DNA of 64,000 nt from an uncultured Candidatus Saccharibacteria bacterium (GCA_963535375.1 CAUSVT010000004.1:41719-105718), one strand, 5' to 3'; counted from the stretch's first letter, positions 52,261 to 63,440 are shown. Translations and numbers: made by a program. Notes: a model not told the origin generated them from the sequence alone.

Positions 52261-53049
52261 CTACTCTGCCCCGCCCTCCTTATCCTCAGGCGTATTTGCC
52301 TGTTGTTCAGCGGCAATTTTGGCACGCACTTCTTGTTCAATTTCCTGGCGCAGTCGTTGACGCTCTTCATCAGACACAGCTGCCTGCGACTTTTGTTTGT
52401 AAGCCTGCGCCCGTATCAACACAGGCGTCACCACCAACCCAAATACCGTTAAGATGCCAAAGATGGTCAATAATTGCCAGTTAGCAGTCAAGGCATCACC
52501 ACCATGTTTTTGCCACAAAATACTCAAACCCACCAAACTCAACAAACTAGCACTACTAATGGTCAGCGTTACCAGTCCTGAAATGATTGAATCGTTACGT
52601 TTGAAGGAAAGAAACTTGGCGGTCAATGCAGTTAGCGATGTGATGATAAACGCAGTAACTGTCAGCTTAGTCAATATTTCTTCGAGCTGACCACAGAACA
52701 TATAATCATAGCCTCCAGGAAACTCGGAGCTAATGTTCGTGTTGCAAATACCCAAAGAATGTAATAACTCCCAGACTAATATCAACGCGCCCAGCAGCCA
52801 CGAAGCATTAATAATTAACGACACGACCGACAGTGTTTTGATTAAACGCTGGTCACCCTCCAGGCGAGCAACTCCTCCCATGGCAAACAACGAGGCGACT
52901 GCAGTAAACAAGGTGGTCATCAAGATGCGCCAGTCCACCGGCCCAGACAAGGCAGCCATGATGCCCATGAAGGCGCAAACCGAGAAAAGGCTGATTGATA
53001 TATATAACAAAAATTGGCGGATTTGTGATAACTGATTCGTTTGTTTCAT
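52261..53049 (-). CDS. Polytopic membrane protein with a charged helical C-terminal tail, function unknown
   Basis: 262 aa with about 6 TM segments. The tail reads ...EERQRLRQEIEQEVRAKIAAEQQ. Confidence 0.5.
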   Translation of the reverse strand: MKQTNQLSQIRQFLLYISISLFSVCAFMGIMAALSGPVDWRILMTTLFTAVASLFAMGGVARLEGDQRLIKTLSVVSLIINASWLLGALILVWELLHSLGICNTNISSEFPGGYDYMFCGQLEEILTKLTVTAFIITSLTALTAKFLSFKRNDSIISGLVTLTISSASLLSLVGLSILWQKHGGDALTANWQLLTIFGILTVFGLVVTPVLIRAQAYKQKSQAAVSDEERQRLRQEIEQEVRAKIAAEQQANTPEDKEGGAE

Positions 53050-53075
53050 GTTGCTACTATACCATAGTACTTATG

Positions 53076-53687
53076 CTAGTGCATGGCCCGAATCATTTGC
53101 CTCAGCTGCTCGACCGCCCGAGCACGGCGCTCACGTGTCCAGTACGTATCAGCTGTGGCCTTCTCACCATCAGTGGTGGTCTCTTGGAGGAAATGACCGA
53201 CAATGTGGCCGCCCTTTAGTGCCGTCACATCAGGAACATAGACTCGCGGTTGGCCGTTCTCATCAGTGCGAAGATGCGGTTTTAGCTTCTCAACCAATTT
53301 TTTGTAAGTAGCGTCATTGGTTTCGCGGGCATGGCGAATATCCAGATAGTAGATTTTATCCAGCCCTTCGGCTTTGGCGGCTTCATCGACAATTGGCGCT
53401 AGCTGCTGACACCACGGACATTGCTGAAAGCCAAGGAAAACCAAGCCGCTGCCTGATTCAAATTTCTCCAAAACCTCACCAGCTGAAGCAAAGACAAAAC
53501 GATTGTCGTCGGCCACGCGAGAATAAACAGCCTTGAAACGGGCAGCGTCTGACGGCTGCGGTGACGCTGGCGCGTGTGGGCGCGACCAGATATACCAGCC
53601 GCATATGGCGGCGACAATAATACCAACAAAACCGATGGTCAAACACAGCCATATGTTATGGTTTTTAGTGACTGTACCATGTTTCAT
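53076..53687 (-). CDS. Membrane-anchored thioredoxin-fold protein (CPWC active site)
   Basis: It has an N-terminal TM segment and FLGFQQCPWCQQLAP. Confidence 0.7.
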   Translation of the reverse strand: MKHGTVTKNHNIWLCLTIGFVGIIVAAICGWYIWSRPHAPASPQPSDAARFKAVYSRVADDNRFVFASAGEVLEKFESGSGLVFLGFQQCPWCQQLAPIVDEAAKAEGLDKIYYLDIRHARETNDATYKKLVEKLKPHLRTDENGQPRVYVPDVTALKGGHIVGHFLQETTTDGEKATADTYWTRERRARAVEQLRQMIRAMH

Positions 53688-53699
53688 CTGGACCTCCTG

Positions 53700-54479
53700 T
53701 TATTTCCCTTTGACACCGAAAAACTTTCGTGCTCGTTCAGTCACCGGATGATCCATTACCTGCTCTGGCGGACCATTTTCGATGATCTCGCCCTTATCCA
53801 GAAAAATCATCCGCGTAGCCACTTCGCGCGCAAATTTCATTTCGTGCGTGACGATAACCATGGTCATGCCTTTGGCGGCAACCTCACGAATCACGTCCAG
53901 CACTTCGCCAATCATCTCGGGATCAAGCGCCGAGGTTGGCTCATCAAACAACATGATGTCTGGCTCCATAGCCAGGGCTCTGGCGATGGCGACACGCTGC
54001 TTTTGCCCGCCTGAGAGTTGTGAAGGAAAGGCATTGGCTTTGTCCGCCAGTCCCACGTCCGCCAGCAATTTCTTTGCCAGGCGAGTCGCCGCCCGATCAG
54101 ACAGCTTGCGCAGTTTCCGCGGCGCTAGTTTGATATTATCCAGCACGCTCAAGTTCGGGAACAAATTAAACGACTGAAACACCATGCCAACTTTTTGACG
54201 CAAAGCGTTCAGGTCGACTTTCGGCGCTGTCGTTTCCACGCCGTCGATGACAATGCGCCCGCCCGTCGGCGTCTCCAGCAGATTCAAGCAGCGCAAAAAG
54301 GTTGATTTACCAGAACCACTTGAACCAACAACCACGACCACTTCGCCTTCATGAATTTCAACGTCAATATCCCTGAGCACACGATTGCTGCCAAACTGTT
54401 TTTTGAGGTTAGCCACCGTGATAATTGCTGGGCGCTCAGTGGTTGGTTGTGCCACTTCCTTCACCTTATTCACTGCCAT
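53700..54479 (-). CDS. Polar amino acid ABC transporter ATP-binding protein
   Basis: It has GSSGSGKST, LSGGQKQR and MLFDEPTSALD motifs (GlnQ/ArtP-like). Confidence 0.9.
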   Translation of the reverse strand: MAVNKVKEVAQPTTERPAIITVANLKKQFGSNRVLRDIDVEIHEGEVVVVVGSSGSGKSTFLRCLNLLETPTGGRIVIDGVETTAPKVDLNALRQKVGMVFQSFNLFPNLSVLDNIKLAPRKLRKLSDRAATRLAKKLLADVGLADKANAFPSQLSGGQKQRVAIARALAMEPDIMLFDEPTSALDPEMIGEVLDVIREVAAKGMTMVIVTHEMKFAREVATRMIFLDKGEIIENGPPEQVMDHPVTERARKFFGVKGK

Positions 54480-55182
54480 CTTTTAGCCTCCTCTCCACTC
54501 GCGTCATCACGCGGGTAAATATCGCGGTCAACGCCAAGTACATCACCGCTGCAGCAAACAATGACTGAAACGCCGTGGCAGTTTGAAAGCGAATATTATC
54601 AGCGCCGCGCATGATATCATTTAGTCCAATCCAGCCAACCACTGAGGTCTCTTTCAGTAGGGCGATGAATTCGCTGATCAGTGCCGGTAACGAATTTTTG
54701 AGTGCTTGTGGCAAAATCACCAAACGCATGGCCTGCCAGCGACTAAAGCCCAGTGAACGCGCTGCTTCCATTTGCCCCTTGTCAACACTTTCGATACCAC
54801 CGCGGATAATCTCGCCAATGTACGCACCGCTATTGATGCCAAAAGCAATGGCTGCCACAAAAATCTTCGGCATGAATTGATATGAGCCAAAGACCACATA
54901 GTACATAATTAATAACTGCACCAAGAGCGGCGTACCTCGAATGATGTCGACATACACTTTGCCAAGCCACGCTAGCGGATTCCAGCGACTCAACCCTTTG
55001 GCCCACGAGTAATGACAAAGTGACTTAAACGGTCGTACGTCCGAGGTTCGCAACAGGGCGATAATGATACCAATGGCCGTACCAAGAAGCAGCGACAAAA
55101 CGGTCAAAACCAACGTTACCTCTAGGCCGTGCCACAAATACAGCCACCGACCGTCGCCGAAAATCACCTCCAGGAAATTCAC
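54466..55182 (-). CDS. Polar amino acid ABC transporter permease (His/Glu/Gln/Arg/opine family)
   Basis: It has the EAA loop EAARSLGFSRWQAMRLVILPQA. Confidence 0.88.
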   Translation of the reverse strand: MNFLEVIFGDGRWLYLWHGLEVTLVLTVLSLLLGTAIGIIIALLRTSDVRPFKSLCHYSWAKGLSRWNPLAWLGKVYVDIIRGTPLLVQLLIMYYVVFGSYQFMPKIFVAAIAFGINSGAYIGEIIRGGIESVDKGQMEAARSLGFSRWQAMRLVILPQALKNSLPALISEFIALLKETSVVGWIGLNDIMRGADNIRFQTATAFQSLFAAAVMYLALTAIFTRVMTRVERRLKDGSE

Positions 55183-56003
55183 GATTCAAGCTCCTTTTTC
55201 TTCATTGATTCAAGAGCCCTCGGCCCAAAATGTTTGCGAATGAGATTGTCGTACCGACCGTCTTTTTTCATCTCCGCCAACACTCGGTTAATTTTTTCGA
55301 GCAAGTCATGGTTATTGTTTTTGATGGCAATCGCATAATGCTCACTCGATAACTCACCCGGTAAAATTTCTAGATCCGGAAAGCCCGCCGTGTACTGAGC
55401 AGCCGGCGCATCATCCAAAATAACCGCCTCGACGCCACCAGCATTGAGCTCGGTCAACACGCTTGGTGCGGTCGGAAATTGCGACACCTTAGCGCCAGCA
55501 ATTTTCCCGGCCAGCGTGTCCCCCGTCGTACCTAACTGCACACCAATTTTCTTGCCCGTCAGCTGATACCTATTACGAATTGGGCTACCTTTTTTGACAA
55601 TGATCCGCTGCGATGCAGAATAATACGGCTCGGAAAACAGCGCGTTTTTGGCACGCTCCGGCGTCACTGACATACCTGCTACCGCCATGTCAATTTGTCC
55701 TGATTCCAACGCCGGTAGCAATCCGTCAAACGACATGTCTTCAATCCTCAACTCTTTATTCATACTACGAGCAATTTCTTTGGCTAGATCAACATCAAAG
55801 CCAACAATTTCATTGCCCTGCTTGTACTCAAACGGTTTAAAGCCGGCATTGGTACCCATCACCAACACGTCATCACTCTTACCAAACCCACCTTCACGCT
55901 GCAAAATATCAAACGCCATGAAGCCAATCAACGCCACAAACAGTCCAAGACCGATCCACCAACTCACTCCAAAGCCTTGACGTCGCGTTTTCGTTCCGTT
56001 CAT
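55179..56003 (-). CDS. Polar amino acid ABC transporter substrate-binding protein (family 3)
   Basis: It has a TM/lipo-like N-terminus and GFKPFEY...GFDVDLAKEIA...DMAVAGMSVTPER. Confidence 0.85.
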   Translation of the reverse strand: MNGTKTRRQGFGVSWWIGLGLFVALIGFMAFDILQREGGFGKSDDVLVMGTNAGFKPFEYKQGNEIVGFDVDLAKEIARSMNKELRIEDMSFDGLLPALESGQIDMAVAGMSVTPERAKNALFSEPYYSASQRIIVKKGSPIRNRYQLTGKKIGVQLGTTGDTLAGKIAGAKVSQFPTAPSVLTELNAGGVEAVILDDAPAAQYTAGFPDLEILPGELSSEHYAIAIKNNNHDLLEKINRVLAEMKKDGRYDNLIRKHFGPRALESMKKKELES

Positions 56004-56071
56004 GCTTATCAGTATACGCGCTTTGTGCCAAAATGATAAGCCCTAAGCGCATCAACGCCTACTGCGTATAG

Positions 56072-56080
56072 TGGTATAAT
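56072..56080 (+). promoter_or_regulatory. Extended -10 box (TGGTATAAT) 8 nt upstream of the ATG
   Basis: The sequence reads TGGTATAATtagatagtATG. Confidence 0.6.
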
Positions 56081-56088
56081 TAGATAGT

Positions 56089-57609
56089 ATGAGCAAACAA
56101 TTTCTCAGCCGCGTCTGTAGTTTTCGTACTTTTGTCCGCATCAGCATCGTCTTGATGCTGGCTCTCAGTGCAGTATTCATCGTTGCCAGCCAGTACAAAA
56201 CCGTGCAATTTCGCGACGCCAAAATTGATGAGATTTTGTTCTATTTTAACAACGGCCTGGCGGGTGGACAATCCAGTAGCCTGGTTTCAGCAGTTTGGAG
56301 CAATGTGCCATATGCTATTGGATTATTTGTCATCTTACTACTCCCTATACTCCTCAAACTACGCTGGAAGACAATGCCATTTCGACTGCGTCATCAAACC
56401 TATTATGCAAGTGGTATTTTTGTTGTCAGCCTGACACTCCTGGCACAAAGCTTCAGCATCCCAGCCTATGTCAGCGCTCTTACTCAATCATCAAAAATCT
56501 ACGACAAGCACTATGTCGATCCGCGCGGCGTCAAATTGACGTTTCCAAGCACCAAACGTAACTTAATTTACATCTATGTTGAGTCGCTGGAAAATACGCC
56601 TGCCTCCAAAGCCAACGGCGGCATGAGCGACAAATCAGTCATTCCAGAGCTGGAGAAATTGGCGCTGACCAACACTTCATTTTCACACCAGGCCTCAGGC
56701 CTCGGTGGCGCCCTACCTGCCCATGGTACCACCTGGACAGTCGCTGGTATGACCGCACAATCAGCTGGTGTACCACTCAAAGACGGTGGCGTGTTTGGCG
56801 GCCGCGACCGCAACGGCATGGGTGATTTCAATAAATTCTTGCCTGGTGCTTATACCCTCGGGCAAGTACTCCAAAAAGCTGATTATAATCAATCATTTGT
56901 CATGGGCTCAGACAAAACATTTGGTGGGCGCGATAAGCTGCTAGAGCAACACGGTGATTACCACATCATCGACTTCACCTACGCTCAGCAGCACGGCTTG
57001 ATTCCTCAGGACTACAAAGTGTGGTGGGGCTATGAAGACAAAAAACTTTTCCAATTTGCCCGCGATGAAGCCACTCGCCTCAGTAAATTAGACAAGCCAT
57101 TTAACTTGCAAATGCTGACCGTTGACACACACTTTACTGATGGCTGGCTGGACAATGAGGCTTGCAAACAACAATTTGAAGCAAAGTACGACAACGTCCA
57201 TGCCTGCGCTTCCAAACAAATCGCGTCTTTCGTCGAATGGGCTAAACAACAACCATTTTACGCCAACACCACTATCATCATCAGTGGTGATCACCTCGGT
57301 ATGCAAACGCCATATTACGAAGAGAAAATCGCCGGCGCTCCCTACCAACGAACCGTCTACAACACCTTCATCAACCCTGCCGTTCAGCCAACTCGCGCCA
57401 CCAACCGCCAATTTGCCACCTTTGACATGTACCCTTCGACCTTGGCAGCACTGGGTGTGACAGTAGATGGCGACCGCATGGGACTGGGCACCAATTTATT
57501 CTCAAATCGCCAGACACTGGTTGAACAATTTGGCGGTATTGACCAACTCAACGCTGAACTCAGCAAACGATCGAGCTATTATGAACGAAAAATTTTAAGC
57601 AGCTCATAA
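56089..57609 (+). CDS. LTA synthase / sulfatase-family membrane protein (phosphoglycerol-transferase-like)
   Basis: An N-terminal TM bundle is followed by an extracytoplasmic sulfatase-like domain (NLIYIYVESLEN, ISGDHLG). Confidence 0.65.
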   Translation: MSKQFLSRVCSFRTFVRISIVLMLALSAVFIVASQYKTVQFRDAKIDEILFYFNNGLAGGQSSSLVSAVWSNVPYAIGLFVILLLPILLKLRWKTMPFRLRHQTYYASGIFVVSLTLLAQSFSIPAYVSALTQSSKIYDKHYVDPRGVKLTFPSTKRNLIYIYVESLENTPASKANGGMSDKSVIPELEKLALTNTSFSHQASGLGGALPAHGTTWTVAGMTAQSAGVPLKDGGVFGGRDRNGMGDFNKFLPGAYTLGQVLQKADYNQSFVMGSDKTFGGRDKLLEQHGDYHIIDFTYAQQHGLIPQDYKVWWGYEDKKLFQFARDEATRLSKLDKPFNLQMLTVDTHFTDGWLDNEACKQQFEAKYDNVHACASKQIASFVEWAKQQPFYANTTIIISGDHLGMQTPYYEEKIAGAPYQRTVYNTFINPAVQPTRATNRQFATFDMYPSTLAALGVTVDGDRMGLGTNLFSNRQTLVEQFGGIDQLNAELSKRSSYYERKILSSS

Positions 57610-57681
57610 GCACATCACCTCACACTGTCTCTTGCCGCAACGTAACAATACGGGGCTCAGCCCACAGAAAAAGGAGGACAT

Positions 57682-59820
57682 ATGCCACCAACCATGAACC
57701 AAGAAGAAACCACCAAGCCCCTCGAGCAGTTTGGGACGGACATCACGGCACTAGCGCGTGAGGGCAAACTCGACCCGGTCATCGGGCGCGATGAGGAAAT
57801 TCGCCGCACCATGCAAATCCTCAGCCGGCGCACTAAAAATAATCCAGTCCTCATCGGCGAGCCGGGCGTCGGTAAAACCGCCATCGTCGAGGCTCTGGCG
57901 CAGCGCATCGTTAAAGGCGACGTACCAGCATCACTGAAAGACAAGCGGCTGATTTCCTTGGAAATTTCCAGTTTACTGGCTGGGGCGAGTTTTCGCGGCC
58001 AATTTGAAGAGCGCCTCAAAGCAATTTTGAAAGAAGTTGAAGAAGCCGCCGGTGAAATTATTTTGTTCGTTGATGAAATTCACACCATGGTCGGCGCCGG
58101 CAAAACCGAAGGCAGCATGGATGCCGGCAATATGCTCAAACCCGCCCTGGCCCGCGGTAAACTACACATGATCGGTGCGACAACCTTGGCGGAATATCGC
58201 CAGCATGTCGAGAAGGATGCGGCCCTGGAGCGGCGCTTTCAACCAGTCTATGTCGGCGAGCCGAGTTTTGACGACACCGTGGCGATTTTGCGCGGCTTGA
58301 AAGAAAAATACGAGGTGCATCACGGCGTCAAAATTTCTGACGATGCCATCGTGGCGGCGGCGCGGCTGTCCACCCGCTATCTGCCTGATCGCTTTTTACC
58401 TGACAAAGCGGTCGATTTGCTGGATGAAGCGACCAGCGCGCTGAAGATGCAGCTGGAGAGTGTGCCGATTAGTCTCGATCGGCTGAATAATCGCCGTTTG
58501 CAGCTGGAGATTGAAGAAGCCGCGCTGAAAAAAGACAAATCCGACCACGCCAAGGCCCGCAAAGAAGAAATCAATCAGCAAATCGCTGACCTTCGAGCTC
58601 AGGCCGAGGTGATTGACAATAAATGGCAGCACGAAAAAGACATTCTCCAGACCGTCAATACTGCCACTGAAAAAATGGATAGTCTGCGCTCGCAACTGGA
58701 AATTGCTGAACGCGACGCTGATCTGGCCACCGCCAGCCGCATCAAATACGGCGACCTGCCAGAGCTGGAGAAAAAGCTGGCTGCCGCTCGCCAGGAACTG
58801 GCTGCCATCCCGCCGGCTGACCGCTTGCTGCGCGAAGAAGTCACTCCTGACGACATCGCCAGTGTGGTGGCGCGCTGGACGGGCATACCGGTGGAGCGGC
58901 TGATTGAGACCGAATCCAGCAAATTAACCAAATTAGAGGAACATATCAGCACCCAAGTGATTGGTCAAGACAAAGCCATCGCCGCAGTCGCCAGCGCTAT
59001 TCGCCGTTCGCGTGCTGGCCTCAGTGATACCAACCGGCCAATTGGTTCCTTCCTCTTCCTCGGCCCGACCGGGGTCGGCAAAACAGAAGTAGCCCGCAGC
59101 CTGTGCCGCGAATTATTTGACGATGAACACGCCATGATCCGCATCGATATGAGCGAGTACATGGAGCGCCACGCCGTGGCCCGTCTGATCGGTTCACCGC
59201 CAGGCTACGTCGGCTACGACCAAGGCGGGCAACTCACCGAAGCGGTGCGCCGCCGCCCCTACAGCGTGGTGCTGTTTGACGAAATCGAAAAGGCCCACCC
59301 CGATGTCTTTAACGTGCTCCTCCAGGTACTCGACGACGGCCGCCTGACCGATGGCCAGGGGCGAACAGTCGATTTTTCCAACACGGTAATCATCATGACC
59401 AGCAATGTCGGCTCGCAGGCAATCATGGATTTTTCTGGTGACGATTTGTCGGCACTGGATAATCAGATGCTTGATATATTGCGCCAGCATTTCCGTCCAG
59501 AATTCCTCAACCGCATCGATGACATTGTCATTTTTGACCGCATTCGACCAGAGGCTATGCGGGCAATTGTCGATGTCCAGTTGAATAAAGTCGCCCGCCA
59601 GGTCAAAGACAGCCGCGACATTACGCTGGAGTTTAATGATAGCGTCCGCGATATGCTGGCCCGCGACGGTTACGACCCAGCCTTTGGCGCCCGACCACTG
59701 AAGCGCTTGGTGCAAAAACGGGTGCTTGACCCATTGGCGCTGGAGCTCATCGACGGGCGGATTCATGATGGCATGACGGTGACCGTCAGCGTCGCTGATG
59801 ACCGGGTGACGTTTCACTAA
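57682..59820 (+). CDS. clpB: Disaggregase ClpB lacking the N-terminal domain (ClpB80-like)
   Basis: It begins at ...[29 protein letters not shown]. It has two AAA modules ([16 protein letters not shown]) with a coiled-coil M-domain between them. The SD is AAAGGAGG. Confidence 0.93.
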   Translation: MPPTMNQEETTKPLEQFGTDITALAREGKLDPVIGRDEEIRRTMQILSRRTKNNPVLIGEPGVGKTAIVEALAQRIVKGDVPASLKDKRLISLEISSLLAGASFRGQFEERLKAILKEVEEAAGEIILFVDEIHTMVGAGKTEGSMDAGNMLKPALARGKLHMIGATTLAEYRQHVEKDAALERRFQPVYVGEPSFDDTVAILRGLKEKYEVHHGVKISDDAIVAAARLSTRYLPDRFLPDKAVDLLDEATSALKMQLESVPISLDRLNNRRLQLEIEEAALKKDKSDHAKARKEEINQQIADLRAQAEVIDNKWQHEKDILQTVNTATEKMDSLRSQLEIAERDADLATASRIKYGDLPELEKKLAAARQELAAIPPADRLLREEVTPDDIASVVARWTGIPVERLIETESSKLTKLEEHISTQVIGQDKAIAAVASAIRRSRAGLSDTNRPIGSFLFLGPTGVGKTEVARSLCRELFDDEHAMIRIDMSEYMERHAVARLIGSPPGYVGYDQGGQLTEAVRRRPYSVVLFDEIEKAHPDVFNVLLQVLDDGRLTDGQGRTVDFSNTVIIMTSNVGSQAIMDFSGDDLSALDNQMLDILRQHFRPEFLNRIDDIVIFDRIRPEAMRAIVDVQLNKVARQVKDSRDITLEFNDSVRDMLARDGYDPAFGARPLKRLVQKRVLDPLALELIDGRIHDGMTVTVSVADDRVTFH

Positions 59821-59897
59821 TAGTCCCTTCACTCCTATCAATTACAGATACCTAGCTCCGTGTGGCTTGAGTCATTCAAAGTTGCGCTCATAGCAAG

Positions 59898-59931
59898 AAA
59901 AAGCGCTCCGGCCAGCACCTGGAACGCTTTT
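59898..59931. terminator. Bidirectional terminator between the convergent clpB and permease genes
   Basis: The hairpin is AAAAAGCGCTCC-N11-GGAACGCTTTT. Confidence 0.7.
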
Positions 59932-59955
59932 CATTAGACCGCCCTGCAGACAAAA

Positions 59956-62184
59956 TTACTCGGTTTGATTAGCCTCCGCCCGCGTCAGCTTGTCGACCAT
60001 CGGCAGGATCAAGTAAATACCGATGATAGCTGCCGCCAGACCAGCACCAACGATGGCAAAGTAGGTTGGTGTTAACACCGGCTTCAGTGTCGTCGAGAAC
60101 ATCTTCGTGAATACTGCCCCCGTCCAAACACCGATACCACACGACAGGATCGAGGTGATCAGCAGCGGCGCCACCGATTCAACCATCACCAAACGCTTCA
60201 GCTGGACGAGGCGCATACCACTGAGACGCAAAGTATATAGCGAACGGCGACGCTCCATCAGCCCGCCAATCGTCGAAACGATCAGGCTCGCCACTGCCAC
60301 AAATAACGTCACGCCAATACCAACATAGGCTAAGTTGGCAAATTCGCGAATCGTTGGATTGATATGCGGTTTTTTGGAATCAGTGCCACCCACTACGTAT
60401 GTCAGATCGTACTGGTTAGCGCGCATCACAACCATGCTACGTAACTTCTCAAGATCATTGTCTGATTTTACTGTTACCAAATATTCCTTGGCACTGTTCG
60501 TATCAACCGTATCGTTAATTAGCGATACATTTTTGACCACTGGCGCGTCAAAATTCAACAGCGCAAATTGGTCGGGCCGAGCATTACTTGGGCAGGTGTG
60601 CTCAGTGTATATTGCCAAGTCCTGGCAGCGAATTGCATTGCCATCCTCACGTGGATAGATCGTCGCTACTGACGTGACATACGACTGCTGGTTCAGCTGC
60701 TTCGCCATATCACCCGGCAGTGAACGGCCGATGACAGCTGCGGTACCATGCTTCAACTGTGAATACCCATTGTCTCTGATAGCCTGAACATTTAAATTCT
60801 CAATGCCACTCGTCGCCGTCAAGTAAAAACTACCCGCAAACAACGCCAACACGACACCGCTCACACCACGGAACACCGTTCGCGAGTGCACTGCTGTACG
60901 CTTACCGGCAATCAACATTGAGGCACTATTCGCCCAGCGTGCCGCTAGTAATGATAACTTATTCGTCAACCAACCACCGGCCAGGACAAGTCCAAACATC
61001 ACCAACAGCAAGGCCGCCATCAGCAGTAGCATTGGCATAGCTGATTCTTTATTTGCTGTCAGCCAATCCAACCCCGGCTTTGACGATAACCAGGCAAAGA
61101 TCGCAATACCAGTTACTGGCACCAGCGGCCGCCACGCACGCAACTTCTTCACTTTTTCGACTGAACGCGACACGCCCAGTGGCGAAATTTGCGCTCGACG
61201 CATCCGTCGCCAGTTAACAAACATCGTCAGCCCCAACGTCAAGCCAATAATCAGCGCGTATTGCGTGGCAGTTAACGCTAAATCGCCAGGATTAAACCGC
61301 ATGCCGTCCATCTTGAAATTCTGCAGCGGTGCTTGTAATAGCCAAAACGCACCCAGCCCGATAATCACGCCAACCACTGACGCCAACAGCGATTCCAACA
61401 TCAATACCCGCGCCACCTGCCGCTTGGTCGCACCGATCAGCCGCAAGGCAGCATAGCGTTTTTCACGCTGTGCCGCACCCAGCTGTGTCGCCACTGACAC
61501 GAAAATGATGATCGGAAACAGTAAGATGGTTCCACCAACGCCAAGTACGGTGATGGATATGGGATCTAGTCCGACATTTGATGTTAGCCCATTCGCATCC
61601 GTCCGGTAAACATTAGCAAAGTAGGAAGCTTGCCCTCGAGCTTTCGCGACAGCATCACTTGCCGCCACTTCATCAGCGCTGGCACCACGTACCATCATGA
61701 GAGCATCTGGGCCGCTAACATATTCACTAGGGAGTACACCGAGATACTTAGTGTTACTACCAAAGCGCGCCAAGATATCATCCTCAGGATGTTGGGCCAC
61801 CGCATCAGCCAACGCTTTCGATAAGTAATACTCACCAGCCTGCGGCGTTTTCAATTTAGCAAACTGCGGCGATTTAGCCGTACCGTACATCGAGTAGGCC
61901 TGGATATATTGACCGCGCCACTTTGACGCATTACCAAGTCGCACAACATTACTAATTCTTAATGGCTCAATACCAGCAATTGGTTGCTGTGAAGCCTCTT
62001 TGCGACTAGCTTGGTGTGCCGCCAGGCTGATGGCTGATCCTCCAGCGCGTCTCATAAGCCCATTGATACCAGCCGTAAAGCAGCACACTAGTACGATCCC
62101 CAACGCCACCGCCGCCGTGGTTAGGCCCAGACGCGCAAACGACTGGCGACCAGACTTTTGTAGTAACATCCAACTAACGCTCAT
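59956..62184 (-). CDS. FtsX-family ABC transporter permease (two FtsX domains)
   Basis: 742 aa. It has two 4-TM FtsX-like modules with large extracytoplasmic loops and follows a MacB/LolD-type ATPase. Confidence 0.8.
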   Translation of the reverse strand: MSVSWMLLQKSGRQSFARLGLTTAAVALGIVLVCCFTAGINGLMRRAGGSAISLAAHQASRKEASQQPIAGIEPLRISNVVRLGNASKWRGQYIQAYSMYGTAKSPQFAKLKTPQAGEYYLSKALADAVAQHPEDDILARFGSNTKYLGVLPSEYVSGPDALMMVRGASADEVAASDAVAKARGQASYFANVYRTDANGLTSNVGLDPISITVLGVGGTILLFPIIIFVSVATQLGAAQREKRYAALRLIGATKRQVARVLMLESLLASVVGVIIGLGAFWLLQAPLQNFKMDGMRFNPGDLALTATQYALIIGLTLGLTMFVNWRRMRRAQISPLGVSRSVEKVKKLRAWRPLVPVTGIAIFAWLSSKPGLDWLTANKESAMPMLLLMAALLLVMFGLVLAGGWLTNKLSLLAARWANSASMLIAGKRTAVHSRTVFRGVSGVVLALFAGSFYLTATSGIENLNVQAIRDNGYSQLKHGTAAVIGRSLPGDMAKQLNQQSYVTSVATIYPREDGNAIRCQDLAIYTEHTCPSNARPDQFALLNFDAPVVKNVSLINDTVDTNSAKEYLVTVKSDNDLEKLRSMVVMRANQYDLTYVVGGTDSKKPHINPTIREFANLAYVGIGVTLFVAVASLIVSTIGGLMERRRSLYTLRLSGMRLVQLKRLVMVESVAPLLITSILSCGIGVWTGAVFTKMFSTTLKPVLTPTYFAIVGAGLAAAIIGIYLILPMVDKLTRAEANQTE

Positions 62185-62909
62185 CAGACAATCCTCGCCT
62201 TAGCTTTATCAGCCCTCGTCTGTGCCGGGTTTACCGCTGCCTCAGCGCCAGAAATCTGCCCGTCACGGACGATGATTTCCCGGTCAGCGTAGGCGGCAAT
62301 CGTCGGCTCATGCGTCACCATGATGACTGTCGTGCCGTGCTCTTTGGCGGTTTTGATGAACAATTCCATGACCTTTTCTGAGTTCAGACTATCTAGTGAA
62401 CCAGTCGGCTCGTCAGCGAACAACACTTTTGGCTCAATCACCATGGCCCGGGCGATCGCCACGCGCTGCATTTGTCCACCCGACAACTCGCCGAGCATAC
62501 TGTCGGCTTTATCCCCCAACTCAACATTGTTCAGCCATGTTTTTGCCCGTTGATAGGCCTCTTTACGCTTGACGCCGTTGAGTAGCAGCGGCAATGCCAC
62601 ATTATCCAGCGCCGTTAGTTCCGGCACCAACTGCCCAAACTGAAAAACAAAGCCAAAACTGGTGCGCCGTAGCATACTGCGCTTATCATCATTCAGTTTG
62701 TCAATCCGCTGGCTGTCAAACTCAATTTCACCACTATCAACTTTAGTAATCGCCGCCAAGCTATGTAGCAGCGTCGACTTACCAGAACCCGACGGACCCA
62801 TGATCGCCAGCACCTCGCCCGCCTCGACGTCCAAGCTGACGCCGCGCAGTGCATGCGTTTGCCCGAACGACTTTGTGATATTTTTAGCGCTAATCATTGG
62901 TTTGCTCAT
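62184..62909 (-). CDS. ABC transporter ATP-binding protein (MacB/LolD-type)
   Basis: It has GPSGSGKST, LSGGQMQR and LFADEPTGSLD motifs. Confidence 0.9.
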   Translation of the reverse strand: MSKPMISAKNITKSFGQTHALRGVSLDVEAGEVLAIMGPSGSGKSTLLHSLAAITKVDSGEIEFDSQRIDKLNDDKRSMLRRTSFGFVFQFGQLVPELTALDNVALPLLLNGVKRKEAYQRAKTWLNNVELGDKADSMLGELSGGQMQRVAIARAMVIEPKVLFADEPTGSLDSLNSEKVMELFIKTAKEHGTTVIMVTHEPTIAAYADREIIVRDGQISGAEAAVNPAQTRADKAKARIV

Positions 62910-63432
62910 GTAAAATTTCCTCCTTGAGCCGCGTTAACCGCGAAATAGTTAATTCAATCCAGCGCAAGTCCGCCTCCAAATGATACAGTGCGTGGTCAAT
63001 TAGCAGCATGTCCGACAAATTGCTATCGCGCCGCTGCGCTGTCAGCTCGCGCATCCGTTGGATATGCGCCTGCCGTTGGTTGTCTAAATACGGTGATGCA
63101 TCGCCGTCTTTCAGGATAGCCAGCACCGCTTTGATATACATCGTCGCTTGCAGCTGCGGCGACGGCGCTTCTGGTGATTCCAGCCATGCCTGCAAATCTT
63201 GCTTGCCCTCATCGGTAATTTCATATCGAACCCGGTCCGGTCCGCCTGATTCGCTGGTGTCAGTAATTTCTTTGACCTTGTTGTCGCGTTTGAGCCGCGC
63301 CAGGGTTGAATATACTTGACCGGTTAAAATTGGTTTATCCTTACCAAAATAGCCGTCATACTTTTTCTTCAACTCATAGCCATAGTTTGACTCTTCCGCT
63401 AAAAAACCTAACAGGGTATATTGAACGCTCAT
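62890..63432 (-). CDS. PadR-family transcriptional regulator
   Basis: MSVQYTLLGFLAEESNYGYELKKK...GQVYSTLARLKRD is a PadR winged helix. I placed the start at M17, which is downstream of the operator/-10. Confidence 0.8.
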   Translation of the reverse strand: MSVQYTLLGFLAEESNYGYELKKKYDGYFGKDKPILTGQVYSTLARLKRDNKVKEITDTSESGGPDRVRYEITDEGKQDLQAWLESPEAPSPQLQATMYIKAVLAILKDGDASPYLDNQRQAHIQRMRELTAQRRDSNLSDMLLIDHALYHLEADLRWIELTISRLTRLKEEILHEQTND

Positions 63433-63440
63433 ACTCTTAC

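Noticed and set aside
57657-59841. Minus-strand ORFs opposite clpB (57657..58019, 58396..58695, 58599..58952 and 59194..59841).
   Set aside because: They are antisense shadows within a high-confidence AAA+ gene. The 215-aa one has no recognisable motif, and it would lie beyond the convergent bidirectional terminator at 59898-59931, with no promoter of its own seen.
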